Of a stretch of 20,471 nucleotides of DNA, positions 1-7,770 are shown piece after piece (within the stretch, counting starts at the first letter, position 1; every line of letters starts with the position of its first letter). The notes below the pieces were generated by a model. It ran no database searches. It was not told where the DNA came from and saw nothing but the letters and a program-made list of their open reading frames with translations. This stretch comes from Bdellovibrionota bacterium (GTDB lineage Bacteria > Bdellovibrionota > UBA1018 > UBA923): positions 1-20,471 of the forward strand of contig JBFMCE010000072.1 in NCBI GenBank assembly GCA_040754655.1, written 5' to 3'. A program made the translations under genes and the position numbers.

Positions 1-52
1 GCGCACCATACATATTTCTGACCATCGCAGGTTCATGCATTCCTGGAAGGGG

Positions 53-457
53 TTATCTCAACCGTGAAAATCGAATGTCTTTGACTAAGACTCTATCCCT
101 TTCATTCAAGAAAAAAACAAAACCCAAGGATTTCTTTTTTCGCTGGCTCAATGAGAAGCAAAGAAGTTTGTGGCCTATATGATCTGGAAACTCCAGCATG
201 AATTTCTCTACCTTGGGCTCGCATTTAAAAGGAAATCCGATTTCTTGTTTTCCGGCGAGCCAGAACAGGTAGTCCCGATGCTTAAATTTTGGAACGCTAG
301 GGTGAAGGTATTCAGTTAAGCAAAGATCGGGTTGGATGTCTTTTCTACAATTTACCAGCGCACGAAAGGCAAGTTTGGCTTCAACATGGGTCTCTGCCCG
401 AGTTGAAGCCGGCATTATCAGTATCGTAATGATGCAGTAGAGGCTTTTAACGGACAA
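53..457 (-). CDS. Hypothetical protein, probably secreted (134 aa)
   Basis: Only substantial ORF here. TTG start and signal-peptide-like N-terminus (K, hydrophobic LYCIITILIM, TRA|E cleavage-like site). Four Cys downstream. No family recognised. Confidence 0.55.
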   Translation of the reverse strand: MSVKSLYCIITILIMPASTRAETHVEAKLAFRALVNCRKDIQPDLCLTEYLHPSVPKFKHRDYLFWLAGKQEIGFPFKCEPKVEKFMLEFPDHIGHKLLCFSLSQRKKKSLGFVFFLNERDRVLVKDIRFSRLR

Positions 458-608
458 TCCGACCTGCCGCTGGAACTACAATTGATTTCAATTTTTTTCT
501 AATAATTGGTTCGACTGGATTGACTAGCGAGTCGAAATGGCGAGTCCGTTAAAGATATGCGTTCTTACTTTGAGTTTGCTTTCCTGATTTTGGTGACGCA
601 CTCACAGA

Positions 609-637
609 TTGCGAAATTTCGATACCTCGCGTATTTG
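609..637 (+). promoter_or_regulatory. Putative sigma70-type promoter of the methyltransferase
   Basis: TTGCGA (609-614), 17 nt, TATTTG (632-637), then 10 nt to ATG 648. No SD motif. Confidence 0.3.
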
Positions 638-647
638 TTTGCTCGTC

Positions 648-1346
648 ATGTGCGCTCATTCGGTCGAAAATCACTTGCGTGTTCCTCTTGAAGAATACGA
701 TCGGGCTATTCGGGCCTTCGTGCCTTATTACGATGAACTTCTTCAGACCGGAGTCGAAATTCTGAGTAAGCTTGCACCTCCCAACCCAAGTGTTTTGGAG
801 CTGGGATGCGGGACGGGCAGGTTTTCGCAGGCTATTTTGCGTGGCCTGCCGTCGGCGACGCTCACTGTTCTCGATATTGATCCGGAAATACTGAAAATGG
901 CGGAGCAAAGACTGGGCTCGGAATCGCATCGAGTCCGTTTTCTTAAGGCCAGCTTTTTTGAGCCGCTTCCTGCCGCCGACCTTATCGTCGCCTCGCTTTC
1001 TTTGCATCACATCCATGACCTGGACGAAAAAACACGACTCTACGGATCGATCAGAAAAACGCTAAATCAGGGAGGCGTTTTCCTTTGCCTAGATGCAGCC
1101 GTGAGCGTTGATCCCAAGTTATCAGGGTTGACGTTTGATCATTGGATGGAATTTATGGGGAAAAATGGCATCTCTCCCGCTGAAGCGCGAAATCACTTGA
1201 AAGCTTGGGAAAGTGAAGACAAGTATTTCCCGATTCATCAAGAGCTGATCGCTCTGGCGCGAGCAGGATTTGACCAGCCAGAATGTTTTTGGCGCCGAGG
1301 ACCGATGGCCATCTATGGCGGTCTGGTGCCCGCTCAATCTGGGTAA
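648..1346 (+). CDS. Class I SAM-dependent methyltransferase (Methyltransf_25 / CmoA-like, 232 aa)
   Basis: Motif I VLELGCGTG, LDID acidic motif, DLIVASLSLHH, LNQGGVFL, and N-terminal YD..IRAFVPYY. ATG 648 preferred over TTG 609, which coincides with a -35 hexamer. Confidence 0.9.
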   Translation: MCAHSVENHLRVPLEEYDRAIRAFVPYYDELLQTGVEILSKLAPPNPSVLELGCGTGRFSQAILRGLPSATLTVLDIDPEILKMAEQRLGSESHRVRFLKASFFEPLPAADLIVASLSLHHIHDLDEKTRLYGSIRKTLNQGGVFLCLDAAVSVDPKLSGLTFDHWMEFMGKNGISPAEARNHLKAWESEDKYFPIHQELIALARAGFDQPECFWRRGPMAIYGGLVPAQSG

Positions 1347-1530
1347 AAAGCGCCGCTTGTCTGGCGCCTGTACCAACACGCAAACGTATCAATGTTACAA
1401 ATAATAAGTATTTGATTCTAATGGGGTATCCCACCCGGCGCTGACTATCTTTTTCGCTTCATATTCTTAACTTATCCTGTTGATTGGGCCGTCTGATTTT
1501 TGGGGCGGATTTCCCTGCAAGGAGGCATCT

Positions 1531-2371
1531 ATGTTTGATCCTACCCGTACTCTCAAAGCAAAAGCGTGCCGACCTGCTTTCGAGGCGATGCCGGCAGGCT
1601 ACTGCAAGTCTTGTTGAATCTGCTGAATAACGCGATCAAATTCACAGAAAAGGGTCATGTCGACGTGAGCGTGACTTGTCCGCGTCAGAACGAGCACGGA
1701 GCTCAGTTGCGTTTCGAGATCAGTGACACTGGGATCGGCATGTCACCCGACACACTTACCAAACTTTTTACCCCTTTCACCCAAGCGGATGGGTCTACCA
1801 CGCGTAAATTTGGCGGAACCGGGTTGGGTTTGTCGATCAGCAAAAAACTCATAGAGTTGATGGGGGGCGCGATCATGGTTAGAAGTATGGAAGGCAAGGG
1901 TTCGAGCTTCTCATTCGAGCTTAAATTTCCGTTTGGTGACAGAGAAAAAACCTCGATCCAGGTTCAGCCCGAGTTAGAACGCGCGCCGCGCGGGGTCTTC
2001 CGAGGAAAACATGTGCTGGTCGCTGAGGATAATATAGCAAGTCAAAAAGTTTTGTTGCGATTCCTCGGCAAACTAGGGATCCGCGCGGACGCCGTTGCGA
2101 ATGGCGCGGAAGCGGTCAGGTCCTTTCAGCAGAAGCATTACGATCAGATCTTGATGGATTGCCAGATGCCTGAACTGGATGGTTACGCCGCTACTCGGAA
2201 GATCCGCGAAATAGAACTCGACGGCGCTCGGCCACGCACCACCATCATCGCACTCACTGCCCATGCCTTCGCTTCTGGGAGTTTTCGGATGATCAGGAAA
2301 ATATCCCTGACGTCATCGAGAAGCCTGTTTCTTTTGAGGTGCTTACCAAGCTTTGGCGGTCATTGGGGTGA
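1531..2371 (+). pseudogene. Disrupted hybrid histidine kinase: HATPase_c + receiver, no sensor or HisKA domain, two apparent 1-nt frameshifts
   Basis: GGAGG (1521-1525) + ATG 1531 opens a 28-codon frame that stops at 1617. The kinase frame (N box [11 protein letters not shown]1 DTGIGM, F box, G2 GGTGLGL, REC AEDN and MDCQMP) is closed by TGA 1536. The REC C-terminal KP motif ([12 protein letters not shown], stop 2369-2371) lies in the -1 frame. Confidence 0.8.
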
Positions 2372-2423
2372 TCTCCCCGAGAGATCATCTTGAATCCGGT
2401 GGCGTAAGTTCGCTGTACGATTC

Positions 2424-3509
2424 CTATCCCTTCGGGCCTAGCTCATAAGGATCGAGGATGGTCCAGTTCGCAAGGCTGAGTGGGGTGATCTTCGCGAACG
2501 GCCCGTAATGAACGAAGAGAACCCCGTAAATCCCGTCGCGCTCATTCTGAAAAATCTTCGGCCAGGGTTCTTCCACAGGTCTTCTCAAGAGGCTAGGCTC
2601 GATGTAAATCGGCCATTCTTTGGGGTAACTTCTTTGATTGCTCATGCATGAAAGATAGGGACCTTCCTTGCAACCCGGGATGCTTGCAATGTGATCTCCT
2701 GGCCCAAAGAAACCATCCGGGGTGAGGTGGCCGCCTTGAAGATAAACGAATTCATGCCAAACAGGATTGGCGTGATAATGGCTAGGCGCCACCGTGCCAT
2801 CTTCGAAATGCTCCAGCATCGTGACCGAGGTCATGTTTCTGTTGATCTTGGATAAAACCCCTCCCGCTAAAAAAGAGGAATTGACGTTGAAGAGAAGCCC
2901 GCTTTCGTCTCGAGAGGGGATCAAGAAAGGAAGCGAGAAAAAGTCGTATTCGTTCTTCGTGAGTTGCAAAGCACTAAAGTGATCCGAGGGTAGAAATTGT
3001 TGCCGCTTCACCAAAAGGGTTGTTCCTTCTTCCGCCGAGAAAGAATTCCATTCACTATCAAGGAACCACTCGCAAAAGAAATCTCCTGTTCCATACTCCC
3101 TTTGCACGGTCTTTCCTTGGGAAGACGTGATCAGAAGCGAGCCTTTGCAAACGAAAACCTGGAAGAAACCCAAAGCATTGGATGGTTCGCTTTCATTCGG
3201 TCTAAACGGATGCCCTTGATAACGATAAAAGGCCGTCCATTCAGGCTCACCGTTAAAGCTCTTGAGATTTCCTGAATGAGGCCAGAGCGGAAATCGCTCA
3301 AACACTCCCACGCTTTCCCAAGTCCGTCGGTGAGGAAAGGCGGTATACACCTGCGGTCGGTGCTTCAGTGCGCCAACGGGTCTTGGTTTAGCCCAAGCCA
3401 TCGGAGAAAAAAGAGATGCGCCTGCAACCGAAGCGAGAGAGTGAAGGAACCGGCGTCTAGAGTTTGGCAACATCCAAGAGCGCCTAACACCTTTGGTGGG
3501 ATCATTCAA
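2424..3509 (-). CDS. Tat-exported ChrR/Cupin_7-like tandem cupin protein (361 aa)
   Basis: Twin-arginine signal SRRRFL...AWA|K. C-terminal cupin PSHYH...HEFVYLQG...FGPGD. N-terminal cupin remnant ends SAEEGTTLLVKRQQF. AGGGGA SD before TTG. Confidence 0.7.
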   Translation of the reverse strand: MNDPTKGVRRSWMLPNSRRRFLHSLASVAGASLFSPMAWAKPRPVGALKHRPQVYTAFPHRRTWESVGVFERFPLWPHSGNLKSFNGEPEWTAFYRYQGHPFRPNESEPSNALGFFQVFVCKGSLLITSSQGKTVQREYGTGDFFCEWFLDSEWNSFSAEEGTTLLVKRQQFLPSDHFSALQLTKNEYDFFSLPFLIPSRDESGLLFNVNSSFLAGGVLSKINRNMTSVTMLEHFEDGTVAPSHYHANPVWHEFVYLQGGHLTPDGFFGPGDHIASIPGCKEGPYLSCMSNQRSYPKEWPIYIEPSLLRRPVEEPWPKIFQNERDGIYGVLFVHYGPFAKITPLSLANWTILDPYELGPKG

Positions 3510-3529
3510 CTTCCCCTAATGACTCCGGC

Positions 3530-4003
3530 TTAAGCATGATAGAAAAAGCCCAGTATCCCGCCAAATATGAGATGAGCAAGGATGCTCACGACCGGCGTCC
3601 GTGCCCCGTAATTGCGGGCCAAAAAACCCGGCGGCTCAAGCTGACGAGTGGGGTCGGGGCCGTGTTGTTCGCTTGCCATTCTGGGATGAATGGAAGGCAG
3701 TACGCGCATCCCGACGACCAAGACAAAGAGCGCATGAACAAGGCCGATGGCGGCTCCAAACCAAAGATTATTCCAGCCCGTGCTGTGAAATGCAGCGATG
3801 TAAATGAGGGAGAAAATCCAGCCATTGAAGAGATGGAAGAAAAATCCAAGCCATTTAGCGCGGTCTCGATTTCCGGTGAACATGGTGCCTAACATGAAAG
3901 GAATATCCATTCGCGTGAACCCCAGTGCGCGGCTGCCGCTTAGTAGCGTTGTCAAAACAACCGTAGCGGCGAATCCCCATAGAAGCGCTTGACTGAAATT
4001 CAT
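3530..4003 (-). CDS. Conserved-looking hypothetical membrane protein, about 4 TM (157 aa)
   Basis: Four hydrophobic segments with His residues and an HPRMASE...PPG loop. ATG 4003 overlaps the GH15 stop (ATGA) and has an AAGGA SD. Confidence 0.8.
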   Translation of the reverse strand: MNFSQALLWGFAATVVLTTLLSGSRALGFTRMDIPFMLGTMFTGNRDRAKWLGFFFHLFNGWIFSLIYIAAFHSTGWNNLWFGAAIGLVHALFVLVVGMRVLPSIHPRMASEQHGPDPTRQLEPPGFLARNYGARTPVVSILAHLIFGGILGFFYHA

Positions 4004-5841
4004 GCGGTCCTTCTTTGTTTCTGGGCGCAAGAAGCCTCTTGGATCGCAAGGGCTGCGTGAATCAGACCGATATGGCTGAAACCCTGAACATGGTTCCCTA
4101 GGTATTCCAAATTCTTTGGGTTGAGTTCTTCCGAGAAAAGACCAGTGGGTGTTAAAGTGTCGCTTGCCGCCTTGAAATACCTTTCCGCTTCAATCAAAGA
4201 CCCAGCCTTTGCAAAAGCCTCCGCAAGCCAAAAATTGCAGATCGTGAATGTTCCTTCTGGCCCCGGAAGCCCATCTGAACCGGGTGGATAGCGATAAATA
4301 AGATCACCCTGACTCAGGTCACGGATGATTGCGTTACGAGTGGCGACGAAACGAGGCGAAGCCGCGTCGCAATAGCCCACCATTGGCATCACGAGAAGGC
4401 TGGCGTCTAGCTTTGGTTCGCCAAATGCCTGGGTGTAGGCCTTAAGCGTTGGATGGAATCCCCTGCTTTCGATTTCATCTCGGATTTGTTTGGCAATCCT
4501 TTCCGCTTCGTAAGGCACCTTCCATCTGAATCGTTTAGAGAGTTTTGCGAGCCTGTCCATCGCTACCCAAGCCATCACTTTCGAGTGCGTGTAATTTTTA
4601 GCAGGCCTTTGAAACTCCCAGATTCCTTGATCAGGCTCCCTCCAGCATTCGGCCACCGCTTTGCCGAACCCTACCACCATCTTTTGCGTTTCACGGTCGA
4701 TGGGAAGCAGGAAGCCCGCGAGGCTGTAAAATGAATCAATCACCTCTCCATAGACATCGAGTTGATGCTGGTTAAAGGCGGCATTTCCGATTCTGACAGG
4801 TTTTGAATGGCGGTATCCCGAGAGCCAATGCGCGATTGTTTCTGGAATTTTGGATTCGCCATAAACTGAATACAAAACTTGCAGCCGCGGCCAGGTCAAG
4901 CGGGTGCTGTGCAGCAGCCAGTTCAAAAAAGCCTTGGCTTCATCCAGGTGCCCCACGCGCAAGAGCGCGCGGGTTGTGAAGGATGCGTCTCTCAGCCAGC
5001 AAAACCGATAATCCCAATTTCGGGGCCCGCCGATCCACTCGGGCAGCGAAGTCGTCGGGGCAGCAACGAATGCACCGGAAGGAGCGAAGTTGAGAAGTTT
5101 AAGAGCGAGGGAGCTTCTTTGAATGATTGCCTTGTATTCTCCTTCAACTTCGCAGCGAGCCGACCAATTTCTCCAATATGCGATCGTGTGCTCATAACGT
5201 TCAAGAGCGGTCTTCAGCGGTGGAATTACGGCCGGGGCTTCATCTGAGTACGAAAAAGACGTAAAGATTTTTTCGCCCGCGCGCACTTTGAATTGACCGC
5301 TGACCTTGTGGCCAAGAGGTGTTTTCTCTAACGTGAGGTTCTTCGCCGGAAGAGAGCTCTGGAATAGAAAGTGTTTTCGACCATCGCTTCCTTTGAAGCC
5401 CCAGTCGCCGATACGGCTGAATTGAATTCCTTGGCGCCCATAAGAGCATCGCGGCAAAAGCTCTAAATGAAATTCGATTTCACCCGTCTCTCCCGAGAGA
5501 ATTCTAAGGATTTCTTCATCGGGCCAAAGCTCATTGGACTGAGTTTTTGGATCTTTCACTGGAAATAAATCCGTCAAAGAAGCAGAGCCGGTTTTGCTTG
5601 TGAATCTGGTTTGAACGACATTTGTGTCTTCAAGATAGGCCTGTCGAGATTGAAAGGAGTCGGTTGGTGTAAGAGCAAAATGCCCGCCTGATGGATCAAG
5701 AAGCCTAGTAAAATAACTGGGAGAATCAAACTTGGGAAAACAACACCAGTCAATTGAACCGTGATTCGATATCAAGGCAGCCGTTCGGCAGTTTCCGATC
5801 ATGGCGTAATCTGAAATTTTATTCCAAGTTGGTGCGCTCAT
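4000..5841 (-). CDS. Glycoside hydrolase family 15 (glucoamylase/trehalase-like, 613 aa)
   Basis: ISDYAMIGNCRTAAL, IDWCC.P.FDSPS, AAPTTSLPE.IGG.RNWDYRFCWLRDA, QLDVYGE, PDQGIWE, GLFSEE, QGFSH. Start set at ATG 5841. Confidence 0.95.
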   Translation of the reverse strand: MSAPTWNKISDYAMIGNCRTAALISNHGSIDWCCFPKFDSPSYFTRLLDPSGGHFALTPTDSFQSRQAYLEDTNVVQTRFTSKTGSASLTDLFPVKDPKTQSNELWPDEEILRILSGETGEIEFHLELLPRCSYGRQGIQFSRIGDWGFKGSDGRKHFLFQSSLPAKNLTLEKTPLGHKVSGQFKVRAGEKIFTSFSYSDEAPAVIPPLKTALERYEHTIAYWRNWSARCEVEGEYKAIIQRSSLALKLLNFAPSGAFVAAPTTSLPEWIGGPRNWDYRFCWLRDASFTTRALLRVGHLDEAKAFLNWLLHSTRLTWPRLQVLYSVYGESKIPETIAHWLSGYRHSKPVRIGNAAFNQHQLDVYGEVIDSFYSLAGFLLPIDRETQKMVVGFGKAVAECWREPDQGIWEFQRPAKNYTHSKVMAWVAMDRLAKLSKRFRWKVPYEAERIAKQIRDEIESRGFHPTLKAYTQAFGEPKLDASLLVMPMVGYCDAASPRFVATRNAIIRDLSQGDLIYRYPPGSDGLPGPEGTFTICNFWLAEAFAKAGSLIEAERYFKAASDTLTPTGLFSEELNPKNLEYLGNHVQGFSHIGLIHAALAIQEASCAQKQRRTA

Positions 5842-5865
5842 CCTAACGTCAAAGGACATGCAAAC

Positions 5866-5883
5866 TTGGAACTCAAAATGCAT
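5866..5883 (+). promoter_or_regulatory. Putative sigma54 (-24/-12) promoter of the SDR gene
   Basis: TTGGAACTCAAAATGCAT, with GG (5868-5869), N10, GC (5880-5881). Predicted TSS about 5893, ATG 5895. Confidence 0.4.
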
Positions 5884-5894
5884 CCCTCTCACTT

Positions 5895-6956
5895 ATGAAG
5901 CCCTCTCGCGTCATTGTCATTACAGGAGCCTCAGCCGGCGTAGGACGTGCCCTTGCGCGTGAGTTTGCGCGTGAAGGAGGAGTTAAGATCGGATTGCTCG
6001 CCCGGGGCGTCGATGGATTGAACGCCGCAAAACAAGAAGTAGAAAGCCTTGGTGGCAGAGCCCTGGTCATTCCCACCGATGTCAGTGACGCCGATCAGGT
6101 CGAACAAGCGGCAAAAACGGTTGAAGATGCATTTGGGCCTATAGATGTCTGGGTCAATAACGCCATGGTCTCTGTTTTCTCTCCCGTCAAAGAAATGTTG
6201 CCTGAAGACTACAAGCGCGTTACCGAGGTCACTTATTTCGGTTACGTTTACGGCACGCTTGCAGCGCTTAAAAGAATGCTCGCTCGGGACGAAGGAATAA
6301 TTATCCAAGTGGGCTCGGCTCTCGCGTACCGAAGTATTCCTCTTCAATCTGCTTACTGTGCGGCAAAGCATGCCATCGTAGGCTTCACGGAGTCGCTGAG
6401 AACGGAATTGATCCACGACCGAAGCAAGGTCAAAGTTTGCAATGCCCACCTTCCCGCGATGAACACGCCGCAATTTGATTGGGTGAAGTCACGGCTTCCG
6501 AATAAACCGCAACCTGTTCCGCCGATTTTTCAACCCGAGGTCGCGGCTCGCGGAATAGCCTGGCTCTCGAAACACCCGAAGCGTGAATTGTGGGTCGGGG
6601 GCCCAACGGTCTTAGCGATTTTGGCGGATAGATTTTTTCCGGCCCTTGCGGATCATTATCTTGCGCGTAGAGGGTATGACGCCCAGCAAACTGACGAGCC
6701 CGCTGGGCTTCATCGCTCGAACAACCTGTGGAAACCGATGTCCGGAGATGCAGGTGCGCACGGTCGATTTAGAGAACGCTCAAAGTCTTTTAGTTTGGAG
6801 CTTTGGTTGACCACCCACCGTACTCACTTGCTGACAGCGGGTTTGCTTCTCGCATCGGGTTGTTTTGCGAGACGTTATAAATTAGAGAGGCATTCTATCG
6901 CTAATTCTTTGCCCGTCCAAAATAAACTCGCTATAACGATGTCCGATGAAAACTAA
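5895..6956 (+). CDS. SDR family NAD(P)-dependent oxidoreductase (353 aa)
   Basis: TGASAGVG Rossmann motif, WVNNA, catalytic S...YCAAK, NTPQFDW...PVPPIFQPEVAA, C-terminal hydrophobic tail. Confidence 0.95.
   Translation: MKPSRVIVITGASAGVGRALAREFAREGGVKIGLLARGVDGLNAAKQEVESLGGRALVIPTDVSDADQVEQAAKTVEDAFGPIDVWVNNAMVSVFSPVKEMLPEDYKRVTEVTYFGYVYGTLAALKRMLARDEGIIIQVGSALAYRSIPLQSAYCAAKHAIVGFTESLRTELIHDRSKVKVCNAHLPAMNTPQFDWVKSRLPNKPQPVPPIFQPEVAARGIAWLSKHPKRELWVGGPTVLAILADRFFPALADHYLARRGYDAQQTDEPAGLHRSNNLWKPMSGDAGAHGRFRERSKSFSLELWLTTHRTHLLTAGLLLASGCFARRYKLERHSIANSLPVQNKLAITMSDEN
6909..6937 (+). promoter_or_regulatory. Putative sigma70-type promoter inside the SDR 3' end
   Basis: TTGCCC (6909-6914), 17 nt, TATAAC (6932-6937), then 8 nt to ATG 6946. 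Confidence 0.45.
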
Positions 6957-7680
6957 AAAACCAGGCGCAAACGAAGGCTTCGTACCCACTCTCAATCAGA
7001 TGGGTTACATGACCTCTTCGTTGGATCCGTTCTCGAAGGCTTTTGTTGAGTATTGCAAATCCAACCCGTCTCCGAAATCTGCGTTAGAGATTGGCGCAGC
7101 TTACGGCATCGCCACGCTAGAAGCGCTAAAAACCGGTCGAGCGGTCGTCGCGAATGATTTAGACCCCAACCATTTGGAAATTTTGAAGGCCCAGGCCGCG
7201 GAACTTGGATTGAGTGAAAAGCTCACCTTGGCTCCTGGCGCGTTTCCTGGTGAGCTGAACTTCGCTCGTGAAAGTTTGTCTGCCGTCCTCGCGTGCAGGA
7301 TCTTGCATTTTTTAGAAGGTCCAGTGATCGAAGAAGGTTTGAGAAGAGCCTTTGATTGGATTGAAAAAGGCGGAAAGATCTTTATCGTCTGCGAAACCCC
7401 ATACACGCAGAGGTTTCAAAGCTTCATTCCTATTTACGAGGCGAACAAAAAGGCCCGAGACCCTTGGCCGGGATTAGTCCCAAATTCTTTTCAGTACACC
7501 GATCATACGGCTCAAGACATTCCTAAGGTTTTGCATTGGATGGATGAAGAGGTTTTAAACCGAGTTCTGAGGAACGCCGGCTTCAAGGTCGAAGAAATTA
7601 GAATGATCCCCCGTCCTGACTTTCCTTCTTGGGTGCGACTTGACGGGCGTGAAAGTGTTGGCGCGATCGCGGTTAAATAG
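6946..7680 (+). CDS. Class I SAM-dependent methyltransferase (244 aa)
   Basis: ALEIGAAYG motif I, VVANDLD, AVLACRILHF, IEKGGKIFI. Confidence 0.88.
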   Translation: MKTKKPGANEGFVPTLNQMGYMTSSLDPFSKAFVEYCKSNPSPKSALEIGAAYGIATLEALKTGRAVVANDLDPNHLEILKAQAAELGLSEKLTLAPGAFPGELNFARESLSAVLACRILHFLEGPVIEEGLRRAFDWIEKGGKIFIVCETPYTQRFQSFIPIYEANKKARDPWPGLVPNSFQYTDHTAQDIPKVLHWMDEEVLNRVLRNAGFKVEEIRMIPRPDFPSWVRLDGRESVGAIAVK

Positions 7681-7702
7681 AAATCTTTTTCCAGGTGATC
7701 TC

Positions 7703-7744
7703 GTAAATAAAAGAGAGAAGGCTTCCAATGAAACCTTCTCTCTT
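7703..7744 (-). terminator. Intrinsic terminator between convergent genes, possibly bidirectional
   Basis: Perfect 11-bp inverted repeat AAGAGAGAAGG (7711-7721) / CCTTCTCTCTT (7734-7744). On the minus strand it is followed by TTATTTA. Confidence 0.7.
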
Positions 7745-7770
7745 CGCAAAGAATACAGCTTAAGACGACA

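Noticed and set aside
1..44. Possible start of a minus-strand gene leaving the window (AGGA then ATG 36, MNLRWSEICMVR)
   Set aside because: Only 12 codons are visible, which cannot support a call.
510..548. TTCGACT/AGTCGAA inverted repeat and duplicated GCGAGTC in the first intergenic region
   Set aside because: The 7-bp matches are within chance expectation, and there is no riboswitch consensus.
549..1016. 155-aa minus-strand ORF and the other antisense or alternate-frame ORFs in the track (e.g. 5931-6473, 11507-12271, 15834-16319, 18159-18632, 19237-19734)
   Set aside because: They are shadows of well-supported genes, with no motifs or initiation signals.
1347..1415. GCGCC/GGCGC hairpin after the methyltransferase and CAAATA-N5-TATTTG repeat
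   Set aside because: The stems are only 5-6 bp and there is no U-tract on the + strand, too weak to call a terminator or operator.
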